A DNA stretch of 64,000 bases from an uncultured Candidatus Rokubacteria bacterium. GTDB lineage: Bacteria; Methylomirabilota; Methylomirabilia; Rokubacteriales; CSP1-6. Where the stretch lies: assembly GCA_963747235.1 (NCBI GenBank), contig CAVVEU010000040.1:224001-288000 (forward strand), given 5' to 3'. The notes below the pieces were generated by a model. The model was not told where the DNA came from and did not search any database. It worked only from the letters and a program-made list of their open reading frames with translations. Positions 26,189 to 36,542 of the stretch are shown here, piece after piece. Every line of letters starts with the position of its first letter. Positions within the stretch are counted from its first letter, which is position 1. The translations under genes and the position numbers were made by a program.

Positions 26189-27351
26189 CGCTGCCGCTGT
26201 CGCCGTACACGGTGATCGATCTGACCCGGGCCCGCTCGGGCCCGACCTGCGTTCGCCAGCTCGCGGACATGGGCGCGAGCGTGGTCCAGATCTCCGCGCG
26301 CGAGGACGTGGAGGGCGATTTTCCCCGCCGCGGCTTCGACTCGCAGAACCTTCACCGCAACAAGCGCTCGCTCACGCTGGATCTGAAAGCGCCGCGCGGC
26401 ATCGAGATCATCCACAAGCTCGTCGAGAAGGCCGACGTGGTGGTCGAGAACTTCCGGCCCGACGTGAAGACGCGCCTCGGCATCGACTACGAGACGCTCT
26501 CCCGCATCAACCCGCGCCTCGTCTACGGCAGCATCTCCGGCTTCGGCCAGGACGGGCCCTATCGCGACCGGCCGGGCTACGACCAGATCGCCCAGGGCAT
26601 GGGCGGGCTCATGTCCATCACCGGCCTGCCCGGCCAGGGTCCGGTGCGCGTGGGCATCCCGGTGGCCGATCTGACCGCGGGCATCTTCCTGGCCCAGGGC
26701 ATCCTGGTGGCGCTGCTCGAGCGCGAGCGCTCGGGCCGCGGCCAGTGGGTGCACACCTCGCTGCTGCAGGCGATGGTGACCATGCTCGATTTCCAGGCCT
26801 CGCGCTGGCTCATCGGCAAGGAGATCCCGCCGCAGGCCGGCAACGACCACCCCACCGCGATCCCCACCGGGGTCTTCAAGACCAAGGACGGCCATCTCAA
26901 CATCGCGGCCTCCGGCCAGCACATGTTCCGCCGGCTCTGCGAGACGCTCGGCACCGAGCCCCTCCTGGAGGATCCGCGCTTCCGCAGCGCGCCGGACCGC
27001 TCCAAGAACCGCAAGGCGCTCGCGGTCGAGCTCGAGAAGGCGTTCGGCACCCGCACCACCCAGGAGTGGGTCGAGCTGCTCAACACCAAGGGCGTGCCGT
27101 CCGGCCCCATCCTGGACGTCAAGCAGGTCTACGAGAACGAGCAGATCCGGCATCTCAAGATGGCGGTGCCGGTGAAGCACCCGGCGCTCGGCGAGCTTTT
27201 CGTGCAGGCCCCGCCGGTCACGCTCTCGCGCACCCCGGGCGGCGTCCGCATGCCCGCCCCCGACACCGGCGAGCACAACGACGAGATCCTGGCCGAGCTG
27301 GGCTACTCCCCGGCCGACATCACGTCCCTTCGCAACGACAAGGTCATCTGA
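26185..27351 (+). CDS. CaiB/BaiF family III CoA transferase
   Basis: [49 protein letters not shown]. Confidence 0.92.
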   Translation: MTLPLSPYTVIDLTRARSGPTCVRQLADMGASVVQISAREDVEGDFPRRGFDSQNLHRNKRSLTLDLKAPRGIEIIHKLVEKADVVVENFRPDVKTRLGIDYETLSRINPRLVYGSISGFGQDGPYRDRPGYDQIAQGMGGLMSITGLPGQGPVRVGIPVADLTAGIFLAQGILVALLERERSGRGQWVHTSLLQAMVTMLDFQASRWLIGKEIPPQAGNDHPTAIPTGVFKTKDGHLNIAASGQHMFRRLCETLGTEPLLEDPRFRSAPDRSKNRKALAVELEKAFGTRTTQEWVELLNTKGVPSGPILDVKQVYENEQIRHLKMAVPVKHPALGELFVQAPPVTLSRTPGGVRMPAPDTGEHNDEILAELGYSPADITSLRNDKVI

Positions 27352-27363
27352 CAGGAGATCGAC

Positions 27364-28155
27364 GTGAGAGAGAACGCGCTGAAGAAGATCTGGGCCCGCG
27401 GCGAGGCGGTCGTCAACGGGTGGCTGTCCATCCCGAGCGGCTTCTCGGCCGAGGTGATGGCCCACCAGGGCTTCGACTCGCTGACCATCGACATGCAGCA
27501 CGGGGTCGTCGACTACCAGGTGGCGGTCAACATGCTGCAGGGCATTTCCACCCTGGGCGTGGTGCCCCTCGCCCGCGTGCCGTGGAACGATCCGGCCCGC
27601 CTCATGAAGATCCTCGACGCGGGCGCCTACGGCGTCATCTGCCCGATGATCAACACCGCGCAGGAGGCGGAGGCGATGGTGCGCGCGTGCAAGTACCCGC
27701 CGCGCGGCTTCCGGAGCTGGGGGCCGGTGCGCGCCTCCCTCTACGCCGGCGGGGACTACGGCGACCACGCCAACGTCGAGACCATCGTGATGCCGATGAT
27801 CGAGACCGCGGAGGCGCTCAAGAACCTCGACGAGATCCTGAGCGTGGACGGCGTGGACGCCATCTACGTGGGCCCCTCCGACCTGAGCCTGGCCATGGGC
27901 CTCAAGCCCCGCCTCGACCAGACCGATCCGCCGGTGGTGGACGCCCAGAAGAAGATCGTGGCGGCCTGCAAGCGGCACAACGTCGTCGCGGGCATCCACA
28001 ACGCCACCGCGACCTACTCGCTCAAGATGATCGCGGAGGGCTACCAGTTCGTGACCATCGCCAGCGACAGCCGCTTCATGGCCGCCAAGGCCGCCGAGGA
28101 AGTGGGCATCGTGCGGAAGACCGGCACCAAGACCGGAAAGCTGCCGGCCTACTAG
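27364..28155 (+). CDS. HpcH/HpaI aldolase family protein
   Basis: [32 protein letters not shown]. Confidence 0.9.
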   Translation: MRENALKKIWARGEAVVNGWLSIPSGFSAEVMAHQGFDSLTIDMQHGVVDYQVAVNMLQGISTLGVVPLARVPWNDPARLMKILDAGAYGVICPMINTAQEAEAMVRACKYPPRGFRSWGPVRASLYAGGDYGDHANVETIVMPMIETAEALKNLDEILSVDGVDAIYVGPSDLSLAMGLKPRLDQTDPPVVDAQKKIVAACKRHNVVAGIHNATATYSLKMIAEGYQFVTIASDSRFMAAKAAEEVGIVRKTGTKTGKLPAY

Positions 28156-28778
28156 TGCCGGCGCGGCTGGACGGCGCGCTGGTCGACCGGGCGCGCGCCA
28201 ACCTGGCGTCCTTCGAGCGGCAGGCCCTGCCCGACGACGGGCGCCGCCGGGCCGCGGTGGCCCAGGTGCTGTTGCCCGACGCGGACGGCCGCCCGTGCTT
28301 TCTCATCACGCGGCGGGCGGTGACGCTTCGTAAGCACGGTGGTCAATGGGCGTTGCCCGGCGGCCGCATCGACGCGGGCGAGACCGCGGAGGGGGCCGCG
28401 CTGCGCGAGCTGCAGGAGGAGGTCGGCCTGACGCTCGACGAGAGCACCGTGCTGGGCGTGCTCGACGACTACGGCACCCGGTCGGGCTTCATCATCACTC
28501 CGGTGGTGGTGTGGGCCGAGCCCGACCACGAGCTCGTGCCGAACCCGGCGGAGGTGGCCGGGATCTTCCACGTGCCGCTCGACGATCTGGAGGGGCCGGA
28601 CGTGCCGCGGCTCATCAACATCCCGGAGAGCGACCGGCCGGTGATCCAGCTTCCCCTGCTCGGCACCCTGATCCACGCGCCGACCGCGGCCGTGCTCTAC
28701 CAGATGCGCGAGGTGGTCGTGCACGGACGGCCGACGCGCGTGAACCATTTCGAACAGCCCGTCTGGGCCTGGCGCTGA
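28155..28778 (+). CDS. Nudix hydrolase (CoA pyrophosphatase-like)
   Basis: [44 protein letters not shown] (Nudix box), NPAEVA, APTAAVL. Confidence 0.88.
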   Translation: MPARLDGALVDRARANLASFERQALPDDGRRRAAVAQVLLPDADGRPCFLITRRAVTLRKHGGQWALPGGRIDAGETAEGAALRELQEEVGLTLDESTVLGVLDDYGTRSGFIITPVVVWAEPDHELVPNPAEVAGIFHVPLDDLEGPDVPRLINIPESDRPVIQLPLLGTLIHAPTAAVLYQMREVVVHGRPTRVNHFEQPVWAWR

Positions 28779-28807
28779 AGCCGGGCCCGCGGACCGGAGG
28801 ACACACG

Positions 28808-29596
28808 ATGGGAGCGCTCGACGGACAGGTCGCGATCATGACGGGAGGCGGTACCGGCATCGGCCGCGCGGCGGCGCTGATGCTGGCGGCCGAGGGCGCG
28901 CAGGTGGTGGTGGCGGGCCGGCGCAAGGCGCCCATCGAGGCGGTGGCGGCCGAGATCGCCAAGGCGGGCGGCCGCGCGGTGGCGCGCGCCTGCGACGTGG
29001 CGAAGCCGGCGGAGGCCCGCGCGCTCGCCGAGTGGACGGTGGCCCAGTACGGCCGCGTTGACGTGCTCGTCAACAACGCGGGCCACTCCAGCAAGCGCCG
29101 CAACGTGCGATGGGTCGAGCAGGACGACTGGGACGCGGTGGTCGCGGTGAACCTGACCGGCGTCTACGCCCTTACCCAGGCGGTGCTGCCGAGCATGATC
29201 GAGCGAGGCGGGGGGACCATCGTGACGGTGAGCTCGCTCGCCGCGCTCAAGCCCGGCCTGATCGGCGGGGCGCCCTACGGCGCGGCCAAGGCGGGGGTGC
29301 GCAACCTCATGGGCCACGTCCACACCGTGCTGCGGGAGAAGGGCATCCGCGCGACCACCATCATGCCCGCCGAGGTGGACACCCCGATCCTCGACAACCG
29401 TCCCCTGCCCCCGGACGCGAAGGCGCGCGCCACCATGATGCACGCCGAGGACGTGGCCCAGGCCATCATGCTCTGCGTGACGCTGCCCGCGCGCACCGTG
29501 ATCGAGGAGATGGTGATGAGCCCGACGATCCTGCGAGACCAGAGCGCCGATCTCAAGACCGCGCGCGACCTGGGGGCCACCCCCGGATCGAAATAG
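28808..29596 (+). CDS. SDR family oxidoreductase
   Basis: TGGGTGIG, NNAG, YGAAK. Confidence 0.9.
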   Translation: MGALDGQVAIMTGGGTGIGRAAALMLAAEGAQVVVAGRRKAPIEAVAAEIAKAGGRAVARACDVAKPAEARALAEWTVAQYGRVDVLVNNAGHSSKRRNVRWVEQDDWDAVVAVNLTGVYALTQAVLPSMIERGGGTIVTVSSLAALKPGLIGGAPYGAAKAGVRNLMGHVHTVLREKGIRATTIMPAEVDTPILDNRPLPPDAKARATMMHAEDVAQAIMLCVTLPARTVIEEMVMSPTILRDQSADLKTARDLGATPGSK

Positions 29597-29620
29597 GCCG
29601 CCCCGGATCGGCCGCGCGGC

Positions 29621-30110
29621 TCAGCCTCCGGCCGAGCCTCCGCTCGATCCGATCGACGCCTGCTGCACGTGGTTGCGGAAGCCGATCGGGTCACGCACCC
29701 GCCGGAAGACCTCGCGGGCGCCCCCGGTCCCGGTGACGGTGAGATCGCCGTAGTTGAGCATGCGGCCCACCAGCCCCTGCTGCACGCCGATGGACTCCAC
29801 CTTCGAGAGCAGCAGCTCGGTGGTGTAGCGTGAGACCAGCCCCACCTTGAAGATGAGCCGCGAGGTGGTGACCGCGAACTCGGAGGTCATCACCTCGACG
29901 TAGTGGACGAGGCCCCAGAACAAGCCCGATCAGCGCGACGGCCGCGCCGATCATCCAGAGCCAGGGAGGATCCTGAACCTGGCGCAGCACGATCGCCAGG
30001 ATCACCCCAGCCAGTGCCAGCAGCCCCGGCTTGACGAACAGCACCCAGTGCAGCCGCGTCTTGTACAGCACACGCTCACCCGGCAGCAGGTGCCGCTCCA
30101 CGTACCCCAC
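29621..30110 (-). CDS. Bacterial PH-domain membrane protein (YdbS-like), frameshifted
   Basis: GYVERHLLPGERVLY, TSEFAVTTSRLIFKVGL, KVESIGVQQG.GRMLNYGD.TVTGTGG. Confidence 0.8.
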
Positions 30111-30123
30111 GGGTGCGCCTAGC

Positions 30124-30654
30124 TCACGTCGGGCGGCGGCCGTAGAGGTCGCGGTAGTCGCGGTGCCAGAGCGCGACGTAGTCGGTGGCGTTGCGCAGGA
30201 TGTCGTCCAGCTCCTCCGGGCTCATCTTGCGCACCGGCTTGGCCGGCACCCCCATGACGAGCCAGCCCGCCGGCACCACCTTGCCCGGCGGCACCAGCGC
30301 GCCCGCGCCCACCTGCGCGCCCTCCTCGACCACCGCCCCGTCCAGCACCACCGCGCCGATGCCGATCCGCGAGTTGTTCATCACGACGCAGGCGTGGACC
30401 ACCGCGCGGTGGCCGATCGTCACGTTGTCGCCCACGATGCACGGGAACTGCGGCGTCACGTGGAGCACCGAGTTGTCCTGCACGTTGGAGTTGCGGCCGA
30501 GCTTGACGTAGTTGTCCTGATCCCCGCGCAGCACCGTGCCGGGCCACACGCTGGCCCCCGCCTCGATGGTCACGTCGCCGATCACCTGGGCCGCCGGATC
30601 CACGTAGGCCTCCGGGTGCACCCGCGGTGTGCGGCCGGGCACCTCGCGGATCAT
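30124..30654 (-). CDS. Gamma carbonic anhydrase family protein
   Basis: Hexapeptide repeats, VLRGD, NVQDNSVLH, TIGHRAVVHAC. Confidence 0.9.
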   Translation of the reverse strand: MIREVPGRTPRVHPEAYVDPAAQVIGDVTIEAGASVWPGTVLRGDQDNYVKLGRNSNVQDNSVLHVTPQFPCIVGDNVTIGHRAVVHACVVMNNSRIGIGAVVLDGAVVEEGAQVGAGALVPPGKVVPAGWLVMGVPAKPVRKMSPEELDDILRNATDYVALWHRDYRDLYGRRPT

Positions 30655-30664
30655 CGGGGACGAC

Positions 30665-31447
30665 TCACTTGCCGCTCCACCGGGGCTTGCGCTTGTCGAG
30701 GAAGGCGCGCACCCCCTCGCGGAAGTCGGCGCTCATGTAGGTGGTCGCGATCAGGTCCTCGTCGTCCGGCAGGGTCCGGCTCGCCGCGAGGCGCCGGATC
30801 GACTCCTTGGTCACCCAGAGCGTGATCGGCGCGTGCTCGGCGATCTGGTGGGCCAGCGCGGTCACCCGCGCCGCGATCTGCTCCGCGGGCACGATCTCGT
30901 GCACGTAGCCCGCCCGGTTTGCCTCCTCGGCGGTGAGCAGGCGCGCGGTGAAGATCAGCTCCTTGAGCCGCGAGGGGCCGAACACGTCCAGGAAGCTCGC
31001 GTAGGCGGCCATCGAGAGGCAGTTGCCGAGCGTGCGCGCGATCGGGGCGCCGAAGCGCGCGTCCGGGGTGGCGATGCGCAGGTCGCAGGCGGTGGCGATG
31101 CGAAAGCCGCCGCCCACCGCGAAGCCCTCGATCTGGGCGATGACCGGCTTGCGCACGGATTCGAGCCGCGCCATGCGCTTGTCCCCGTCGCGCTCGTAGG
31201 CGATGCCGTCCTCGGCGCGGTCGAAGACCTTGAACTGGCTGATGTCCGTCCCCGCCACGAAGGCCTTGCCGCCCGCGCCGCGCAGCACGAGCACCCGCAC
31301 CGAGTCGTCGGCGTCCACTTCCTCGCAGACTTCGTAGAGGCGATCGTACATGCCCCAGGTCATGGCATTGCGCGCCTCGGGGCGGTTGAAGGTCAGGGTG
31401 ACCACCGGCCCCTCGCGGGTCAGCAGTGTCTCGTCCGGTGTCGGCAC
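30665..31447 (-). CDS. Enoyl-CoA hydratase/isomerase family protein
   Basis: FNRPEARNA, AFVAGTDISQF, GFAVGGG, CDLRIA, SADFREGVRAF. Confidence 0.9.
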   Translation of the reverse strand: MPTPDETLLTREGPVVTLTFNRPEARNAMTWGMYDRLYEVCEEVDADDSVRVLVLRGAGGKAFVAGTDISQFKVFDRAEDGIAYERDGDKRMARLESVRKPVIAQIEGFAVGGGFRIATACDLRIATPDARFGAPIARTLGNCLSMAAYASFLDVFGPSRLKELIFTARLLTAEEANRAGYVHEIVPAEQIAARVTALAHQIAEHAPITLWVTKESIRRLAASRTLPDDEDLIATTYMSADFREGVRAFLDKRKPRWSGK

Positions 31448-31542
31448 GGCGCGCGCCTCCCTCTCTTCTCGTGATGAATCGCCGCATCGTAACATGCCCG
31501 CTCCGCTTTGTCGGAGCGCCCGGGTCGCGTAGCATCGAGCGC

Positions 31543-32157
31543 ATGGCGCGCCCCGCCGGCCTCATCCTCGACTACGGCAACGTGCTCACCCACGCACAGG
31601 ATCAGGCGTGGATGGACACGGCCGCGCGCCGGCTCGGCGCCGACGTCGCCGCCTTCCGGGCCGCCTACTGGCAGCATCGGCCCGCCTACGATGCCGATCT
31701 CACCGCCGCGGCGTACTGGGGCCGCGTCCTCGCCGCGTCGCGCCCGGGCGCCGGCGCCCTGGACACGGAGGATCTCGCGTGGCTGATCGAGGCCGACATC
31801 GCGTCGTGGAGCGTCTACCACGACGAGGTCTGGGCGCTCGCCGCGGAGTTTCGCCGGACCGGCGGCCGCACCGCCTTCCTGTCGAATAGTGGCCCCGAGA
31901 TCATGGCGCGGGTGCGCGCGCGCTGGCCGCTCGAGACGTGGTTCGACGCGGTCATCATCTCGTGCGAGGTGGGGCTTTCGAAGCCGGATCCGCGCATCTA
32001 TGAGCTCTGCCTCGACCGCCTCGGGCTGCCCGCGCCGGACACCCTCTTCGTGGACGATCGCGCCGACAACATCGAGGGCGCCGCGCGGGTCGGGCTGCGG
32101 ACGCTGCAGTTCGAGGGGCCCGACGCGCTCGCCCGGCTGCGGGCCCTGGTCGCCTGA
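31543..32157 (+). CDS. HAD family phosphatase
   Basis: ILDYGNVL, LSNS, VGLSKPDPRIY, FVDDRADNIEGA. Confidence 0.88.
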   Translation: MARPAGLILDYGNVLTHAQDQAWMDTAARRLGADVAAFRAAYWQHRPAYDADLTAAAYWGRVLAASRPGAGALDTEDLAWLIEADIASWSVYHDEVWALAAEFRRTGGRTAFLSNSGPEIMARVRARWPLETWFDAVIISCEVGLSKPDPRIYELCLDRLGLPAPDTLFVDDRADNIEGAARVGLRTLQFEGPDALARLRALVA

Positions 32158-32274
32158 GCCCCTGTCCGCGCGACGGGCCAACCTGGGCAATTCCCTTCTG
32201 GGCCTGGAGGAAAACTTCCGGACGCAATCCTTGCGGAGCCCACCTAACGTCTTGATTCGCCGATGCGGGAACCG

Positions 32275-32289
32275 TGGCGTGCCTCTTGC
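32275..32289 (+). promoter_or_regulatory. Sigma54 (-24/-12) promoter candidate
   Basis: TGGCGTGCCTCTTGC (GG-N10-GC) about 40 bp upstream of the ATG at 32330. Confidence 0.55.
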
Positions 32290-32329
32290 GATGGAGTCGG
32301 TAGAGATGCGACCACAACAGGAGAGACAT

Positions 32330-32806
32330 ATGAACCGATTGGCGATGGCGGTTGGACTCGGCGCGGGGCTGCTGCTCCTGGCCGGGCAGGCCGATGCGCA
32401 GTGGCGCTACACCGACGACAAGGGCGCGAAGGTCACGCAGTACAAGCTCGACATCCCCACGCCGTACCGCGACGCGGCCGAGTGGATCGGGCCGGTCGGG
32501 ATCGGCAAGCCCGAGCTGAGCGCGGACCAGATCCGCGCGGCGCAGCGCTGGGACGCCATCCAGCGGATCGTGGCCGCGGAGGCCGGGCTCCTGCAGTACA
32601 AGACCGTGACGGCCCAGGCGCCGCCGCCCGTGGATCCGGGCGCCGGCCGGCCCCTGGCCACCATGTGCATCGCGGGCGAGCTCCGGAACATGACCTCCCC
32701 GGGCATCTGGAAGGTCGTCGGCGGGTGCTCCACCGGCGCCTCCGGCTTCTCGACCGGCTACGGGACCGACGGCTACGGATCCTTCGGCGGCATCATGGTC
32801 AGGTGA
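32330..32806 (+). CDS. Secreted hypothetical protein (DUF4124-like N-terminus)
   Basis: AGGAGA RBS, signal peptide ending ADA-Q, WRYTDDKG..Y..IP.PYR motif, two Cys, Gly-rich tail. Confidence 0.65.
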   Translation: MNRLAMAVGLGAGLLLLAGQADAQWRYTDDKGAKVTQYKLDIPTPYRDAAEWIGPVGIGKPELSADQIRAAQRWDAIQRIVAAEAGLLQYKTVTAQAPPPVDPGAGRPLATMCIAGELRNMTSPGIWKVVGGCSTGASGFSTGYGTDGYGSFGGIMVR

Positions 32807-32807
32807 G

Positions 32808-33362
32808 CTAGAGACGGAAGCGGGCGCGGATCTCGTCGGGCCGCTCGGAGTAGGGCGGGATCGCCTCGGCCGGATCGAAGGCGATCTCGACCACGATCAG
32901 CGCCGGGGCGCCCGCCCCGCGCGCGCGCGTGAACGCCTCGCGCAGCCCCGCGACGTCGCCGACCGAGGCCACGTGGCCGATGCCGGCCGCGCGCGCCAGC
33001 GCCGCCCAGTCCACCGCCACCGCGGGGAGCGCCTGCCCGCCGGAGGACTCGTACCGGCCGTTCACCCAGAGCACCATCGTCAGATTCGGCGGCGCGGCCG
33101 CGGCCACGGTGGCCAGCACGTTGGGGCTCATCAGCAGCGAGCCGTCGCCCTCGAGCGCGACCACGTGGCGGTCGGGGCGCTGGAGCGCCATGCCGAGCCC
33201 GAGCGGGATCGCCGCGCTCATCGAGTCGCACAGCGCGAACACCGGACACGGCACCGTCATGTGCGGCAGGTAGCGGGCGTTGGCGCCCAGGCAGGAGACG
33301 AGCACGTCGCGCGGCGTCAGCATCGCGACCAGCGCGTCCAGCAGCGGCTTGCGCGCGGTCAC
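32808..33362 (-). CDS. TPP-dependent decarboxylase beta subunit (ComE/phosphonopyruvate decarboxylase-like)
   Basis: GLGMAL..PDRHVVALEGDGSLLM..LAT..NL....NGRYESSGGQ TPP-binding motif. Confidence 0.82.
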   Translation of the reverse strand: MTARKPLLDALVAMLTPRDVLVSCLGANARYLPHMTVPCPVFALCDSMSAAIPLGLGMALQRPDRHVVALEGDGSLLMSPNVLATVAAAAPPNLTMVLWVNGRYESSGGQALPAVAVDWAALARAAGIGHVASVGDVAGLREAFTRARGAGAPALIVVEIAFDPAEAIPPYSERPDEIRARFRL

Positions 33363-33853
33363 GCGAGATCCTCCCCGCTGATCAGCAGCACGAAGGGCCC
33401 GCGCGACTCCACGCAGAACTCGACGCCCTGTTGCACCTGATGGGCCAGGTCGCCCCGGCGGTCCGCGCGCGCGTGAGGCAGCCGCCAGGCGCGCAGCGTC
33501 TCCTCGGTCACGCGGCCCTTGGGCGCGTGGTAGTAGACCGGATCGCGATGATCGCCCCTCAGGGACACGATGAAGAAACACGGCAGATGGTAGAGCTCCA
33601 CGAGCCCGGCCAGGATCCCGCCGCAGTTGAGCAGCCCCGCGTTCTGGATCAGCACCGCGCCGCGCCCGCCGGCCAGGTTGGCGCCGCAGGCCACCGCCAC
33701 CGCCTCCTCCTCGCGGGCCACGTCCACCGCGCGCAGCCGCGGCGAGCGGCGCACCCCCGCCATCAGCCGGCCGATCCACGTATCCGGCACCGAGGCCACG
33801 ATCGAGACCTGGGCCGCCTCGAGCCCCGCGACGATCTGCTCGAGCCCGGTCAC
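33359..33853 (-). CDS. TPP-dependent decarboxylase alpha subunit (ComD-like)
   Basis: VASVPD, REEEAVAVACGA.LAG, LIQNAGLLN, IVSLRG. Confidence 0.82.
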   Translation of the reverse strand: MTGLEQIVAGLEAAQVSIVASVPDTWIGRLMAGVRRSPRLRAVDVAREEEAVAVACGANLAGGRGAVLIQNAGLLNCGGILAGLVELYHLPCFFIVSLRGDHRDPVYYHAPKGRVTEETLRAWRLPHARADRRGDLAHQVQQGVEFCVESRGPFVLLISGEDLA

Positions 33854-34929
33854 CGGCCGGCCTCGGCCGTCGCGGACCCGAGCCGCATGAAGGCGTCCGC
33901 CGGCAGGTGCACCCGCAGCGCCTGGCCCGACGCGAGCGCGACCGGGGCGGGCTCGGGCACGAACACGAAGAGGCGCTGGCCGCCCGCGATCTCGACGGTC
34001 AGATCGGTCTGCACGCCCTGGTAGACCACGCCGGTGACGCGGCCGTCCACCACGTTCTCCCCCGGCCCCCCGGCGAGCCGGACGCGCTCCGGCCGGATGG
34101 CCAGCTCGACCGCCTCGCCCGCTCGAAGCCCGGGCACACCCACGACGCGGACCACCTCGCCGCCCGCGAGCGTCACCTGGTCCGCGGCGGTCGCGCGGCC
34201 GCGCAGCACGCTGGAGGCGCCGATGAACTCGGCCACGAAGCGCGTCGCCGGCCTCTCGTAGATCTCGCGCGGGGCGCCGAGCTGCTCGATGCGCCCGCCG
34301 AGCATCACCGCGATGCGGTCGGAGAGCCCGAGGGCCTCGGCCTGATCGTGGGTGACGAAGATCGTGGTGATGCCGACCGAGCGCTGGATCTCCCGCAGCT
34401 CGCTCCGCATCTCCTCGCGCAGCTTCTTGTCGAGCGCGGCGAGCGGCTCGTCCAGCAGCAGCACGCGCGGCTCGTAGACCAGCGCCCGGGCCAGGGCGAC
34501 CCGCTGCTGCATGCCCCCCGAGAGCTGGGCCGGGCGGGCCTCCGCGCGCGTGTCCAGGCGCACGAGGGCCAGCGCCGCCCGCACCCGCCGCTCGATCTCC
34601 GCCCGGGGCGTCCGTCGCTCGCGCAGGCCGAAGGCCACGTTCTCGAACACGGAGAGGTGCGGGAAGAGCGCGTAGGACTGGAACACCACCCCGAGCCTGC
34701 GCTGGTGGGCCGGCTGGTCGGTGACGTCCTGGCCGTCGATCCGGATGCGGCCGGCGGTCGGCGGCACGAATCCCGCGATCAGGTTGAGCGTGGTGGTCTT
34801 GCCGCAGCCCGACGGGCCGAGCAGCGAGAGCAGCTCGCCCTCGTGGACGACCAGGTCGAGCCCCGCGACCGCGTGGACGCCGCCGTAGTCGCGGGTGCAC
34901 CCCACCAGCTCGACCACCGCGCGCGCCAT
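33850..34929 (-). CDS. ABC transporter ATP-binding protein (PotA-like)
   Basis: [43 protein letters not shown]-terminus. Confidence 0.92.
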   Translation of the reverse strand: MARAVVELVGCTRDYGGVHAVAGLDLVVHEGELLSLLGPSGCGKTTTLNLIAGFVPPTAGRIRIDGQDVTDQPAHQRRLGVVFQSYALFPHLSVFENVAFGLRERRTPRAEIERRVRAALALVRLDTRAEARPAQLSGGMQQRVALARALVYEPRVLLLDEPLAALDKKLREEMRSELREIQRSVGITTIFVTHDQAEALGLSDRIAVMLGGRIEQLGAPREIYERPATRFVAEFIGASSVLRGRATAADQVTLAGGEVVRVVGVPGLRAGEAVELAIRPERVRLAGGPGENVVDGRVTGVVYQGVQTDLTVEIAGGQRLFVFVPEPAPVALASGQALRVHLPADAFMRLGSATAEAGR

Positions 34930-34954
34930 CAGCCGAGCCTCCCCGGTGCCCGCT

Positions 34955-35731
34955 TCATCGGTGATGCAGGAACACGCCGCCCAGGTCCAGGAACCGGTCG
35001 GCGAGCCAGACGACCACGAAGGTACCCACGATGAAGAGCGTGGACAGCGCCGCGATGGTCGGATCGGTGTAGTTGACCACGTAGCTGAACATGGCCACCG
35101 GCAGGATCTCGGTCAGCCGCGTCGAGATGAAGAGCGAGACCACGAACTCGTTCAGCGACACGATCACCGCGAAGAGCCCCGCCGCGAGGAGACCGGGACG
35201 CAGCAGCGGCAGCGTCACCCGGCGGAAGGCCCGCCAGGGCGTGGCGCCCAGGCTGGCCGCGGCCCGCTCCAGCGTCGGGTCCAGATTCTGCACGCTCACC
35301 CACACCGAGCGCACCACGAACGGCAGGACGAGGGCCACGTGCGCCGCGATCAGCACGCTCCGGCTGCGCAGCAGGCCGAGCGCGGCCCCCAGGATCAGGA
35401 AACCCAGGCCGGCCGCGACGCCGGGCACCACGAGCGGCGAGAGGAGCACCGTGGCCCAGATCGAGGCCCCGCGCACCCGTCCGCGCGCCAGCGCCAGCGC
35501 CGCCGCGGTGCCGATCGGAATGGCCAGCGCGACCGCGCCCGCGGTCACCAGGAGGCTGTTCCACATCGCCCGCTGGAACTGGGGATAGGTGACCACGTTC
35601 ACGTACCAGCGCAGCGACAGCCCGTTCGGCGGGAACGACAGGATCGCGGTCGGGTTGAACGAGACCGCGATCACCACGACGGTCGGCAGCGTCATGAACG
35701 CGAGCAGGGCGACCACGACCAGCCGGAACAT
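34955..35731 (-). CDS. ABC permease (PotC-like)
   Basis: FPPNGLSLRWY, LERAAASLGATPWRAFRRVTLPL. Confidence 0.9.
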   Translation of the reverse strand: MFRLVVVALLAFMTLPTVVVIAVSFNPTAILSFPPNGLSLRWYVNVVTYPQFQRAMWNSLLVTAGAVALAIPIGTAAALALARGRVRGASIWATVLLSPLVVPGVAAGLGFLILGAALGLLRSRSVLIAAHVALVLPFVVRSVWVSVQNLDPTLERAAASLGATPWRAFRRVTLPLLRPGLLAAGLFAVIVSLNEFVVSLFISTRLTEILPVAMFSYVVNYTDPTIAALSTLFIVGTFVVVWLADRFLDLGGVFLHHR

Positions 35732-35732
35732 C

Positions 35733-36527
35733 TCAGGCGCCCCGATCGGCGACCGCGGTGAGCTTCCCCGCGCCCGCCAGCAGCGCCAGCGTGATCACCA
35801 GCGCCAGCAGCGCGAAGGCCGCGCCCCCGGGCCAGTTGAACGAATCGAGCGCCAGGTCGCGGACCACGTTGGCGATCATCTTCACCCGCCCGCCGCCCAG
35901 CAGCTCGGGGGTGGCGAAGGCGCTCAGCGTCCAGGCGAAGACGATCACCGAACCGGAGACGATGCCCGGCAGCGACAGCGGCAGGGTCACCCGCCGGAAC
36001 ACGCGGGCCGGGCTCGCGCCCAGGCTGGCCGCCGCGCGCTCGTACACCGGATCGATGTGGCTGATCGCGGCGGCCAGCAGCAGGATCATGGTCGGCATCG
36101 AGAAGTGCACGAGCCCCACCAGCACCCCCCGCGGCGTGAACAGCATCGGCACCGGCCAGGTGACCACCGTGTTGCCCAGGACCAGCACCCAGGCGTACGT
36201 CCGCACGATCGCGCCGGTGAAGAACGGGGCCAGCACCAGCACGAGGAGCGCCGAGCGCACGCGGGCCGACTGGGTGCGGGCGAGCGCGTAGGCCACCGGG
36301 TAGGAGGCGACGAGGGTCAGCCCGGTGGTGGCCGCGCTCAGCACCAGCGTGTCCCACACCGCGCCCAGGTACTGCCGGCTCATGATACCGGTGAAGTTGG
36401 CGACGGTGAGGCCGCCGGTCTGCAGCGACCCCGGCACGAACTCGAGCACGCTGTAGCGCAGCAGCGCGGAGAGCGCGGCCGCGAACACCGCGACGACGAG
36501 CACGGCCGGGGTCAGGAGCAGACGCAC
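35733..36527 (-). CDS. ABC permease (PotB-like)
   Basis: SYPVAYAL, VRTYAW, ERAAASLGASPARVFRRVTLPLSLPG, LLGG. Confidence 0.9.
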   Translation of the reverse strand: MRLLLTPAVLVVAVFAAALSALLRYSVLEFVPGSLQTGGLTVANFTGIMSRQYLGAVWDTLVLSAATTGLTLVASYPVAYALARTQSARVRSALLVLVLAPFFTGAIVRTYAWVLVLGNTVVTWPVPMLFTPRGVLVGLVHFSMPTMILLLAAAISHIDPVYERAAASLGASPARVFRRVTLPLSLPGIVSGSVIVFAWTLSAFATPELLGGGRVKMIANVVRDLALDSFNWPGGAAFALLALVITLALLAGAGKLTAVADRGA

Positions 36528-36542
36528 CGCTACTTGACCCCG

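Noticed and set aside
31543-32157. Phosphonatase PhnX filling the phn pathway gap
   Set aside because: A short generic HAD (DYGNVL) without PhnX motifs (DWAGT..D.G), and unlinked to phnW.
32808-33853. Coenzyme M biosynthesis
   Set aside because: No comA/comB/comC or xcb genes nearby; the context is import and catabolism.
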